NCBI GenBank assembly: GCA_016748015.1 | Contig: JAAOMT010000694.1 | Location: 186,001 to 250,000 of the forward strand | Length of the DNA: 64,000 nt | DNA from: Geosiphon pyriformis uo1 | Taxonomy: Eukaryota; Fungi; Glomeromycota | Reading direction: 5' to 3' | Shown: positions 1-12,305 of the stretch, in pieces | Layout: each line of letters begins with the position of its first letter | How positions within the stretch are numbered: position 1 is the stretch's first letter | Notes under the pieces: generated by a model | Database searches by the model: none | Told to the model about the DNA's origin: nothing | Seen by the model: only the letters and a program-made list of their open reading frames with translations | Translations under genes and position numbers: made by a program

Positions 1-778
1 AAACTGCAGCACCAGCTTTTATGTTAATGCTTTCCAAGTCCTTTAGAGATCTATTTGTATAGACAGAAAGGCTGTCAGCTACAACATCCAACAAATAATC
101 ACAAACAAGCCTAAACTTATGAGACTCCAAAACATTCAATGGCTCAAAAGCATTTAAAAAAGAGGAGTAGACAAAAGAAGAAGCCACACCACCCAAAAAT
201 TCAATGAAAAGCTTAAACCAATTGGGAACAGGACTACACAGATCCAACTTTTCCCAATGTTTGAAGGTTTTTCAATCAAAAATAACATCATTATGACTGC
301 AAAGCTACTCCACAAATACAATGCTATATTGCTAAAGCAAAAAAACAAACAAAAAGAAATTAAACTTACCAAGCACTTCTAACATAGAAGTACTATTCTG
401 AAAATGGAAAACATTGCTCATTAGACCACCCAGAGACAAATTGTACTCATAAAAAACACAAAACACACCAGTTAAGAAGTTATTAGATAGACTGATCCTA
501 ATGTAAGCCAGAGAACTTAAAGGATGCACCAGACACCAGCACAAAGCTTGCAAGTTGTAAGATCTGTGTGAAAACAAATGACCTAATATCCTGTCAGAAT
601 TTGCAAAACACACAACAGAAGCCAATTTGCCTTCAGTCTATACTTGCTCAAAAGTCTTAACACCATACAGAAAAGAATGATAGAGCATATTACTAGGAAA
701 ATTGAGAGGCAGACCAGCTTTTAACTTCAAGCCCTTGCAAATTAAAGCATTCTACTTGTTGCATACATTAATAGACAT

Positions 779-1535
779 TGTTACGGGATGGTTTTCTTGT
801 TATATTTAATTGCTGATATCCCGCTTTAATTGCAATCAGTCTTTCGTGAGTTCCTCAATTCTATTTGTGTGATAATGTCACTGTTACACTGAAGGCTTTC
901 TTTTTACTGTTGCAATGTAAGTTATTCTTTAATTCTTGATTGTTGTGTGTGTTTATGTACTCCTTCTCAGAGGCTGAACTGAAATCTATCCACTGTCTGG
1001 GGTCTTCTCTGAGGCTATCCTTGCAATTGCCTGATGTGTTTCTCTAATCTAGAAACACAGAATGTTAATGGTCTTTAGCGCTTTTCTAATTCTCACAATA
1101 AAGCTTTTATCAATTAGTAACAACGTGAATAATCTTGATCAAGGATTATTCTTCCAAGGNNNNNNNNNNNNNNNNNNNNATTTAATTTGAAAGTATGATT
1201 TAAAGTGGAGTTTGTTAGATAAAATTGGATCTATTGCTTGATAAGTTATGATTTTTATTACTTGATTGATTCTTTTCCAATATTAAAACTACTGTATATA
1301 TACATGTTTGTAGTTCTACAAGAAAATACTTTCTTTTTGATATTTCAACCTGGTGCTTGCTGCTATCACCAGTTGGTGTTGGCTGCTATTGTAAACTGGT
1401 GCTTGCTACTATCGCGAGATGGTGTTTGCTACTATGTTAATCATTACCTTTCTAAGATTATTACTGTGCTATATTATGATTGAATAGTTTGTATTATTTT
1501 TATGATTCTTTTTGCTAAATTCTTAAACCGTAACA
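779..1535 (-). mobile_element. LTR family F: solo LTR, or collapsed element spanning the assembly gap
   Basis: Termini TGTTACGG...CCGTAACA (8-bp perfect inverted repeat), TSD ACAT (775-778 / 1536-1539), TATA-like box ~1294-1303, 4x ~23-bp repeat at 1351-1440. Confidence 0.85.
1160..1179. other. Assembly gap (20 N)
   Basis: Run of N. Confidence 1.
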
Positions 1536-4224
1536 ACATGAAGCTAAATAATGTTTAGTAACTAATAATAGGATAAAGAACTACTAACACCAAATAAAAA
1601 AACTGCTTATTCGAAATAGTTTTCTTTAAAACAAGGTTGGAAAAAAACTGAACATTTGAATGTGCCTTAGCCAAGCTAAGCTTAGACAACCCCTTAATAA
1701 ATAAAAAAATATCCAGGTAATAATAGAACTCTCCTCTTTTTGTGATGAAAATAGGCAAATCACTGATTAACAAAAAAGGACTTGTAACTCTGGAATTAAT
1801 AAAAATGATCACAGTCTTGTCATTATTAATTAAAATGTCATTAATTCAAAAAAATTTACTAGCAACATTGAAAATATGCTGTATAGTACTTTGATTACTG
1901 CCAACTCAGATAGTATTATTGACAAAAGCACTAGCAGCAAAAAAAGAAGACAATCCAGCCTGAGATTTAACATGACTGGTCTTGAAAATAAAATGAAAAT
2001 TCAACCTATATTCACATATGCTCTTCTGCCTCTTAATTTTACACAACAGAGGATCATAAAATATGTGCTACAAAAGAGATAAAAAAACCTCCTCTTAATC
2101 CAAGCCATCATGCACCCAATATTCATTTGTCAAACCAAAGTCAATTATAACTTTGTTAACATAATCACCATAAATGCTACCAAAAAATCAAATAAACTTG
2201 TTACACATCTTTATTTTGACCAGGCTTTTTTTCAGGTGCTTTTATTCAATAGAATTATATGCTTTTTGCATATCCTGCAAAACTAATCAGAGTTCACAAT
2301 TTTTTTCCAAAGCATTTTCAATCATTGATCCAACAGCAAAAATAGAAGATTGCATTATCATATCCTTTAGAATTGAAAAATTATTCTTATGAAGAACATC
2401 AAATGTGCTGCATGTTAATAAAATCCTATTAGAAAGAATCTTAGAAAAAATTTTGCAAGCTGTTTTAATTAAAATTATAGGTCGAATATTCATAAAAACA
2501 CTTTCCTATTTATATGGTTTGAGAATTATTGAGATTCAAGCCTCCTTTTAAGAATCAGAAACTCTTTCACAAGACAAACAAAAATTCAAAAGCACCAATA
2601 ACATATTTAAAACTGATCCATCACAATGCTTCCAAAGCTTATTTGAAATATCCAACAGATTTGCAGCCTTGCCATCAGACAGATTGGAAACCATGCCAAA
2701 CAATTCATTAAATTCAGTTAAACACATTATACCAAAGAAGACCCATTAAAACATATTCCAAAAGTTGATATTAATGATACCATTTATCAAAAACATTAAA
2801 AGCCATCTCTCACTTTCTTATTTATTCTTCTATAATTACATCTATCTTAGTCTTAATTATGTCAGGCTTCAAAATTAGCTTATTATTAACTATTAAATGG
2901 TTTAACATCACCTTGTGGAAAAAACACTCCAAAATACTTCTAATAGTATAATTCTTGTTTGTCTCAAAGCTCTCTATCCTCTTATTAACAGCAGACCTAA
3001 TGTTAGATTTTTTTATCCTTAATAATTTAGCAAGCTTGGAGACACAATAAGACTTCCTTATACCAAAGAAAGCAGAACATATACAATTCAAATTTATCTC
3101 AGAGTTCACAAAATTTTAAATAACCAAAGCCTTAACATTATCCAAAGAATTCCAGCATTTCATAAAAGAAACAAACTCATTAGTACTCTCCTTATGAGAA
3201 GTCTTAACAATCTTCGAAATTAAAAGTTCTAGCTTATGAAACCTAGATAGATCCTTGGTAAAAACATCATCAAAGTCCTTGAATCATCTCTTTTTAAATA
3301 TTTTATTAGCCAAAAGAGATATTATCTTGCAAATAACATCTTATATTGTACCCAGATCTGAAGATCTCTCAGAAGTAACAAACTTTTCAAAGAACATTGC
3401 AGTATTGGCTGTCATGGTGTCCTTAAATTCTTTCTATTTTGCTTTATCAGTACTCTTAATATTAAACTTCCAATGATTCCTATTAGCCTGCTTATAAAGA
3501 GAGTTCAATTACATATCTAACAATCCACCCAAACCCACAAACACAGAAATGGCTCAATGATTAGTGTTAAAGTAATTACTAATATTCAAAACATTATAAC
3601 ATACTACTGTATTAACCAAATTCAAAAAAATGAACATGTAATTAATTGTCTTTTTGATATTTCTTGAAATTTTCCACATAAAATTTCCTACAATTAGACT
3701 ACTTAACAAAGAATTAACCAAACCCAAATTAAGGCATTTTTTGAAACTAGCATATTTGCATAAACCATCTTCATTAAAATCACCACTCAGAATAACAAAA
3801 GAGAATTTATTAACAGCCTTGGCTATTAAAAAATTAATTTTACCAGCTTAAGAAAAATAAACAGTTATTGAGATTTCAGCATAAAGACCCAAAATTGAAA
3901 CAGAAAGTTTATTTTTGAAAAAAAGCTTGACAAAAAAAAGCTAACCAGATATCTCTAAAACCTTATACACATATCTAGACAAAGAATTATTTATAACAAT
4001 TGTGACACCAAAACCCAAATATCCAGAGTTCAAATCAGAAGTAAAAACATAAACACTATCAAATTTATTAGCAATCTATGAGCAAACTTTCTCTTTAAGC
4101 TTTGTTTCTATAAAGATTGAAATTAAATTGTTCATATCCTTATGCCATTAAACAATGTCTGCTTGCTTAACAAAGTTATTCATGTTTCTTATATTACATA
4201 TAGCCACTTTTCAGACAAAATCAA

Positions 4225-5842
4225 TCATTGAGAAGAATGAGCAACATACACCAGACCAGCATTGTCCACTTTGGCCATTAGGCCCATAACAGTAATTGAG
4301 AGATTTTTCAAAGTTACTTCCAATTTCGAAATTACAGATTTATCAAAAACCATGATTCCTGCAACAGTCTCACCACCAGTGACCACATCTGAACTCTCAC
4401 TTATTACTATATTCACTTTTTGATTCTGTGATAAAAAGGTTACCAATAGTTGACATTTAGGGCTAAGCTGGAAAACTGTCAGCCCAGATGCATCTAACCT
4501 TTTAGTCAGTATATCAACACACTTTACAAGGCTGACAAGACTGTGCTTAAGAGCAGCAAATTTATTATTCAGTTCCAAAGATATCATCAGAGTAGGTTTT
4601 ACTTCTAAAGAAAAACCAAAACTAGACAGACCATTACCAGCAGAAAAAGGAGGGAAAGATAATCTACCAACAACTTTTGTCCAAGAAACATCACCAAAAA
4701 AAACAGAATAAGCTACTGATACCAAATATTTGACATAGATGGTTGCCAATCTGCTTTTATCTTTCTTAGATAACACCCTATAAGAGGGAGCACCAAGAAA
4801 ACTTTTTCCACTGAAATAGTATCCATAATAGCATTAAGTGAATTAACAGAGTTTATTGGTAATGTGTACAACAATACTCTATAATTATCTCTTACATCCC
4901 ATGACACCTTGTTCATATCAGCCTTAGCAACATGAACAGTATCTTTTCCAATTAAGATAAACAACTTTGCTATGACCAAATCAGCATGTTTCAATTGCTC
5001 AAATTCCACTACAGTCTTTTGTTACAGCCCCACCAATTGCATTTTGATTGACTTAATCATTTCAAACTTGGATAGTGCAGTACACACAGCCTTAACAAAT
5101 ATTCTGACTAGAATTTTTTTACTACCACAGCCCAATCTGAATGTTCAGAAGATTTTTTGAGATCAGTATTTACTAGAATCTTCACATTCTTTATCATATT
5201 AGAAGCTTGGGCCAAGCTCAATTTAGAAGTAAATATTGCTCAGATAATTCCAGAAAATTTTGAGAAAATAGAAACCCCCTCAAAACCATTGACTTTTGAA
5301 AACAATTTTCTAACTGCCATCAGCTTCTCTTGAGAGAATTTTCCAACCACTTTGTTTAAACCAATATCTAAAGCAAATAATTTTCTAACTGGAACATCAA
5401 CCAAAATTTTCATGGAAGAAAAAAGTATTAGGAGAGCATCCAACAGAATATTATCATTATTATCAACCAAGAAATTAATTTTTTCCAATGGTTTTTCTAA
5501 CACTCTTTTGGTTTGTACTTTTGAACTCTTAGGTGTTTAATCCGAATTTTCTTCAGTGAGAGTACCACTTTCATCATAATCAAAGCTGGTTTCCTCAACC
5601 AAACACTTTTCTTTCATATTTACACTATCAGACTCAGTAGTGTTGTCAATTTTAGAACTTTATGAATGACTATTTAACTTCTTAGCAGAAATCTCTTTAT
5701 TACTAACACTATCTTTTAAAACACTACCTCTTTTCTTTTTTCTAAACACAACAGACTTAATACCAGTATCAGAACTAGAATTCTTAAGAGCTTTCTTCAT
5801 GACAGCAATATTGGGACCAACAGTAGTCTCATAATTAAGCAA
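4225..5842 (-). pseudogene. LINE ORF1 remnant
   Basis: Chain of co-oriented ORF fragments 5660-5842, 5240-5503, 4713-5009, 4225-4776 directly upstream of the endonuclease. Confidence 0.7.
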
Positions 5843-6913
5843 AAACAGTTTAGATTTATTGTACTAAATAGTAAAAAACTTCTTTTAAAAAACTTTTTGA
5901 TTCTTTTTTTTTTCTGGAAATTTGGGACAAAAGAAAAAAAAAAGTTTTTGTTTTTATTGTAATTTGTTTTTATAAAAAAAATTAAACATAGTTAAGATTT
6001 TTAAAAAAGTAAAAAAAACCAAAAATCCAAATATAATGTAAAATTTTCTTAGAAATATTCTGTTTTTTTAGTTAACATAATTTTTTTTAATTATAATACA
6101 GTAAATTTAAATGTTATTATTTATAAAGTAAAAATAATAAAAAAATAAAAAATAAAAAATAATATAAATAAATAACAACATAATATAAATTATTAAAACA
6201 TATAATATTAAAAATTTTAAGAATGCCAAAAATTCTAATAATAACTTAAAAAATTGTAAGAATTTTAGAAATTTTTTTTTATAAAAATTTATATATATAT
6301 AATAAAAGTATTAAAAACAAAAAAACAAACAAGTTAAGTTAAAAACCAATTTAGTTTTACTTTTATTCAATAATTTTTATAACTAATAATTTAATACTTA
6401 AAGATTAATTTTATTTAAATAAAATTATTATTTATTATTTTTACAAGCCAAATTTTATAAATTTATATTTATTTTATTAAAATTTAATTACTTTTTTATT
6501 AATAAAATACCAATTTTCTATTTTATTTTTTTTGTTTGTTTTACTAATTAATTAAAAAAAATATTAAAATTATAATATTAAGAATTGTTTGGTAAAATAT
6601 GTTAAAAAAAAGTAGATTACAATTTTTTTTATTACAAAATTTAATTAAATTTTACAAATTATAATTTTTAGTAATTAAACATACAAAAAATTTAAGATGT
6701 TTTAGAGAAATTAATATTTTCAATCTATTTAAAATTTATAAATTCAATTTCAAAACATAAATGCACTTAGATATATAAAAAACATAGTTTAAATATATAA
6801 ATAAAGACTTTTAAATTTAAAATTAGCATATATTACATTTGATTAATAATGCAATTTTTTATTATATTTAAATTAAAAAAGATTTATTTTAATTAATTAA
6901 TATTATTTTATAT

Positions 6914-7609
6914 TATTATGAATTGCAATAACAAGTTAATAAATAGTAAGAAAGAACAGAATTGTATAATAATAAAATAGATCAAAAAGAATTCAACTTC
7001 AAAAAGCAAATTGAATGAATATAGATTTAATATATAAGATCAGTCTTATAAAATATTTTAATCACTATTTTTTTCAAAGATAATCAAAAAATTTAATAGT
7101 AAAAAGATAGTTTGTATTGTTAACAAATAATAACACACTAATATAATTTTATGTTTTATATTAGTATTTTTAGAATTCAATATTATGTATTAGATGTGTT
7201 TTTTAGTTATGTTTTATTCAATAATTTTTAAATACTACAATTACATGAATCAGAAAAAAAGTAAAAAAATGCCAATAAGTATTTTTTATTTCAAAATATT
7301 CAGATACTTAAAAATAAAAAAAGAGAAATAAGCAATATAAAAAAAATTGAGATAATAGTTGTTATTTTATTTATTTTATTTTTTATATTTGATTATTAAT
7401 ATATATCTTCTATATCTAAAAGACTTATTATTTAAATAGATATTGAAAGTAATTAATAACCAGATTAATAATTAGGTCAATAATCAGATTAATAGTTAGA
7501 TTATTGATTAGGTTAATAATTACTATCTAAAAATAGGGTGGCTAATTATGTAATATTAATAACTAATACATGTAATAACCAATAAAAACTATAGTTTTCA
7601 ACTCTGATA
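6914..7609 (-). repeat. C1 3' LTR
   Basis: Homologous to 51181-51799; adjacent to PPT/ORF3 remnant. Confidence 0.8.
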
Positions 7610-8965
7610 TTATTTTTTCTAAAAAGATTAAGCTCTGGCAAAATCAAATTATTTATAAAATATTCTAATTAAAGAGTTTTGTTTAATTCAAAATTAACTA
7701 GTTTGGTAAAATTTTTTGTAATAAGATATATAATACTTAAAGTAAAATAAGCTTTGTATTTAAGAGACCAAATTTTTATATAAGAATTTTGGCTTTTTTA
7801 GCAATAGTTAAAACTCTTGGAACATCTAATTATATAATGCCCAAAATTTTCACTTGTATTTTTAAAGTTGTTTTCTTTATAAGTTTTATGTCTTCTATGA
7901 TTTTATTAAGTTAATTATAGAGCTTTAATTGTCTTTCATATAACAGGTTTTTGTCTATGAACAAAATTTTTTTATTGTTTTTCTAAGTATATTGAAAGAT
8001 AATAATATATTTGCTGTTATGTTTTTAAACATATATTTATTTATTTTGCTACTAATTTTTTCTCTTTTGATAATAGTTTTTTTTGGTCTAATAACAATAT
8101 GTATTCTATTGTTATTAGTTATAGTGGTTTGTTTTCCAATAATCAGAGTAACATTTGGATAATTTTTGATTCAATACTTATGAAAAGTATAGAAAGTGTT
8201 TTAAATGTTTTAATCTAGAAAATAATTGTTTATATTAATTGAAAATACCTCTGTTTTGGGAATAATATATTTATTTATATCTGATTTTTGCTGATTATTT
8301 GGGTTAGTATTACCATAACAGATAATTAATCAGGTCATTTGTAATATTTTTTAAGTTATGTGTCATAAACAGAATGATCATTAAAAATTGTTTTATATTG
8401 ATCTTGTAAGATATAAAAACCATTGTTTAAAACTTTGTTGACTATAAAAAATTTTTTCTACTGGCTAGAAAATTTATTACTATAGACATTGTTTCTGTTT
8501 GAGTGGTATTCTAAAACTAAATTACCAATACTTATGGAAAGTGTTTTATAAGTTTTTTTTTTTAAGCTTCTCTTAAAACTGTTTTATTTTTTCAAAAACA
8601 ATTATCCATGTTTCTATCAATGAATTAAGAATAATACCAAGTTTTTTTTGTAAAATGTCTTTATAATTTCTTATTGTAATTTCTTTAAAAAGTATTATTT
8701 CAATATTAGTTTTTATTAGTAGTATTGTTATTTGTCTATAAAGCAAATAAAAAAGTTTATAACTTGTTATGTTATGATTTACAGTTTTATAAACAAACAA
8801 AGCTAAAAACAGTACTTTGTTTTATAAGTTTGTTTTTTCACTGGTTTTGGCTAAGGTTTTATATAGTGTTCTATTGAAATATTCTACTAAGCTATTTATT
8901 TAAGAGTAATAAAAAGAAGAAAGTTTATAATATATTTTTATTTTTCTACAAAGTTTTTTAACCAG

Positions 8966-9795
8966 TGTTACTCATAGAATATAGAAAATATATTAGCATA
9001 TAAATTAACCAATCAGAAGTAGTCATAGTAAATGTGGAATTCCAGAATTTCTTTTAAAGGAATTGCAGGATTCTAGGAATTTCAGAATTCTCATACAAAG
9101 AATTGCAAGATTCCAGAATTCTAGGATTCCTCTTAAAGGAATTGCAGGATTCCAAAAATTCCAGGATTCCTGGTATGAAGAATTGAGGAATCTTAATTAT
9201 GTATATATAATAGTAGCATTAGAAGTAAAAAGGACAGACCTCTTAGTTTAGATTTAATCTAAGTGACTTTCCAACTCACAAATATCAATAAATAATTATT
9301 TTCTATCTCAAATCTATTCTTTACTATCAACACTTTATGTTGATAATAATTAATACTTAACTACACTAGAACAATAGCTCTTAATCACAGCTATTGACGA
9401 GATACTAACCATTATTGTCTTGGTTTATTTTTTATTACTTTTATTTTTATTTTTTATTTTTTATTATTATTTACTAATTGATTAAAAGATTAAGCGCTGG
9501 AATACAGACGTCATAGGAACTGGTAAAAGACCCATGAAACAAGAATAGAACACTTATAGATTTGAGAATAGCTTACTAGGAAAACTACCAGCCACCATGC
9601 TGAGAAAAAAATTTGATGGAATTGTGATTCCAGGAGGCTACTGAAACAACAATTGAATCTCTATCTATTATACAAAGGACTCCACCAAAACCTTCAGATA
9701 ACAATATCTTCAGAAACCAATATCATTAAATCAATTTGAGCACCAAGTTATGGGTTTGTTATTTGCTTTGAGACCACAAATAATCATCTATAACA
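8966..9795 (+). repeat. B 5' LTR
   Basis: TGTTACTCATAG...TATAACA; matches 28950-29779. Confidence 0.92.
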
Positions 9796-11548
9796 TTTGG
9801 TGCTTTCTGTAAGGTATAATCCTACAGAGAACCAGCATCAACTACAACTATTTCAAAAGTGGCAGAAACAGAAATAGTAGGAACAAACCATTTAGGATTT
9901 GCCAAATCCTTATTCCAACAGTACAGTCAACAATTAGGATTAAGCAACAATCATTATCTAGCAGAATCAGTCTTCAATTTTTACATCAATAAAAGAATCA
10001 AAGATTTCCTAAGAGAACCAGTTGACATTGAATCAGTAAGAGAAAATTTCTATACAGAATTAATTTAACATACCAGCTTACCATGAAATCATAGTTTCAT
10101 GCCAATCATCAGAGAAATTAATCAAACCATTAAAAGATACACTTAACAACAATTTCTCATTACCTATACAGATAAAAGTAAAGAAAAATTACAAACACCA
10201 GCAGGAACACCAAAAGGAATCCAAGTACTGAACTGAAAGAAACAAAAAATCGAATTTCCAATATACTCATCTTATTATCACACACTTGGAAGTACAATCA
10301 ATATTTCATTAGCAGGTGTATCTATATCAAATGCAACATCAACATTTGGATGACTCTTATTTCAAAGTAAACAAAAGAAAGCAGAATTATTAGGAACTTA
10401 TAGTGATTATTTCGAGGGATTTAAATCATGATTACCTACACCATCAGAATTTTGATCACTGCTATCTCAACCAGATTTTGGAACAATTGATCCATGGGAG
10501 ATAACCAAATCAGAAGAGGAGGAAGACAACAATCAGAAATTTAATTACCAAAACCTGATTGTTGAAAACCCAGAACTTGAAACCTCAAACATTCAAACTC
10601 AGCAAAACCCAATTGTAAAAAATCCAGAAATTGAAACTCCAAATCTTTAAACTCCCCAAAATCAGAATAATCTAAATTCCAACATTAATAATCAACAAAA
10701 CTTATCTCCAGTGATCATTATCAATCCACTACTAGTTGATGCATTACAACAACCACTGCCACAACCTCTAATTCAATTATCATCACAACAACAACAACCA
10801 AACTTGAATCCAATGGTCTATGCTCCAATAGCAAAACTTGAGAAGTTCACTGGTAAAGAAGATGACACCCAAATATGGCTTTACAATGTTGAAAAGGCTA
10901 TCATAGCCAATGGATGGAATGATGTAAGAGTCCTCCAAGCCATTTCCTATTTTTTACAAGATATTGTTAACTCATGGTATTAAAGTTTAGCTGTCAAATC
11001 TTAAATGTTTCAGGAATTTAAAACTATATTCTTGGAATATTTCAGTAATAATAACAGTATTAATTGCCTAGCCAACACCTTCACTACAATTAAACAGGGA
11101 GAAACTGAAGCAGTTACCACTTACTTGGAACATTTCCACAGGAACTTGCACCAAATTCAAGCAATCTAAGCTGACTATTTTACAGTACCACAGATTCTAA
11201 ACCAGTTCATCCATGGACTGTGCAGTAGCATCCTCTAATGTGTACACCCAATGCATTCACAAACTCTCCAAGATACAGTGACTAATGCACAAAATTTTAA
11301 ATTTGCCAAACTTGAAGCTAATCATGCTTAAACTATCAATCTAGTAATAAATAGATTATTTAAATTGGATTCTAAGCTAAAACTATTTAATGATTCCATT
11401 AACAAAAAAATTAGAAGGATACTTAGCTAACAATCAGGCAGTTTATCAACATCCACAACAATACAATAATTAAGAAAATGTGAATCATTTCCAGAGTCAG
11501 TTGTGTTTATCATTCTTGATTAATCAATAGTGGCAACAAAAGACACAT
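9597..11548 (+). pseudogene. B gag, 5' part (capsid/retrotransposon gag domain), cut by element A just before the zinc knuckle
   Basis: PIAKLEKFTGKEDDTQIWL...ANGWND..LQAI motif; continues at 22339 with VCYYCSKQRH (CCHC). Confidence 0.8.
9798..9814 (+). promoter_or_regulatory. Primer-binding site of B
   Basis: TGGTGCTTTCTGTAAGG 2 nt after the LTR. Confidence 0.8.
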
Positions 11549-12305
11549 TGTTACTTGAAGAAAAAAAGCCTATCAAAGAAAAAAGGAAAAACATGACCTG
11601 AAAAAAAACATGACAAAACATGAAAAGACACAAAATAGCATACAATAACATTGAATAATGTGTTATAACATAGAATAATGTATTATAATGTAGGATAATG
11701 TGTTATAATGTGGGATAACATAGAATAATGTGTAATAACATCAGATAATGTGTTATAATATAGAATAATTAGTTATAATGTAAGAAAAACAAATATACTT
11801 ATTCAGCATCTCAAATCCAGTTGTTCATTATTAATTCTAAATAGTGATAGTAATTAATACTTAAAACACACAGAAACAATAGCTCTTGATCACGGCTATT
11901 GATGGGATATTAACTTACATTGCCTTGGCTTATTGTCTTTATTTTTTTTTATTTCTTTTATTTTTGTCTTTATTTTGTTGTGTATACTAATTGATTGAGG
12001 ATTAAGTGCTAAGTATTGATGTCAAGAATTGTCTGGTAAAAGACTCCTATGAGTGAATAGAATGCGTAAGAATTATGGATTGCTTACCAGAGAATTGCTG
12101 GCCACCATGCTGAGAAAAAAATTGATGAAATTGCAATTCTGAGAAGCTATGGATAAAATAACATGGGAATCTCTATCCATTATACAAAAAATTCCAATCA
12201 AAATCTTCAAATCGAAACACTTGTAGACATTACTAATGTCATCCATTAAGTACCAAGTTACAGATTTATTATTTGCTTTGAGACCCCAAATAATTACCTG
12301 TAACA
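11549..12305 (+). repeat. A 5' LTR (internal ~160-bp deletion)
   Basis: TGTTACTTGAAG...TGTAACA; 10/20-bp ATAACATAGA-type tandem repeats at 11640-11780. Confidence 0.92.

Larger units (their letters stand above)
1..4228 (-). pseudogene. LINE ORF2 remnant (endonuclease/RT/RNase H), interrupted by the LTR at 779-1535
   Basis: ATG at 4228 overlapping the ORF1 stop; RT and RNase H motifs as listed for the LINE. Confidence 0.8.
1..5870 (-). mobile_element. Degenerate LINE (non-LTR retrotransposon): ORF1 + ORF2 (APE endonuclease-RT-RNase H); 3' end runs off the window
   Basis: Minus-strand remnants: endonuclease start KVAICNIRNMNN (~4215), RT motifs NIRPIILIKTACKIFSKILSNRI (2493), LVLQDMQKAYNS (~2285), AFVNNT (YxDD decayed, ~1925), RNase H VYT(D)(G)SLKDLESINIKAGAAV (1-70). 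Many stops. 5' boundary approximate. Confidence 0.88.
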
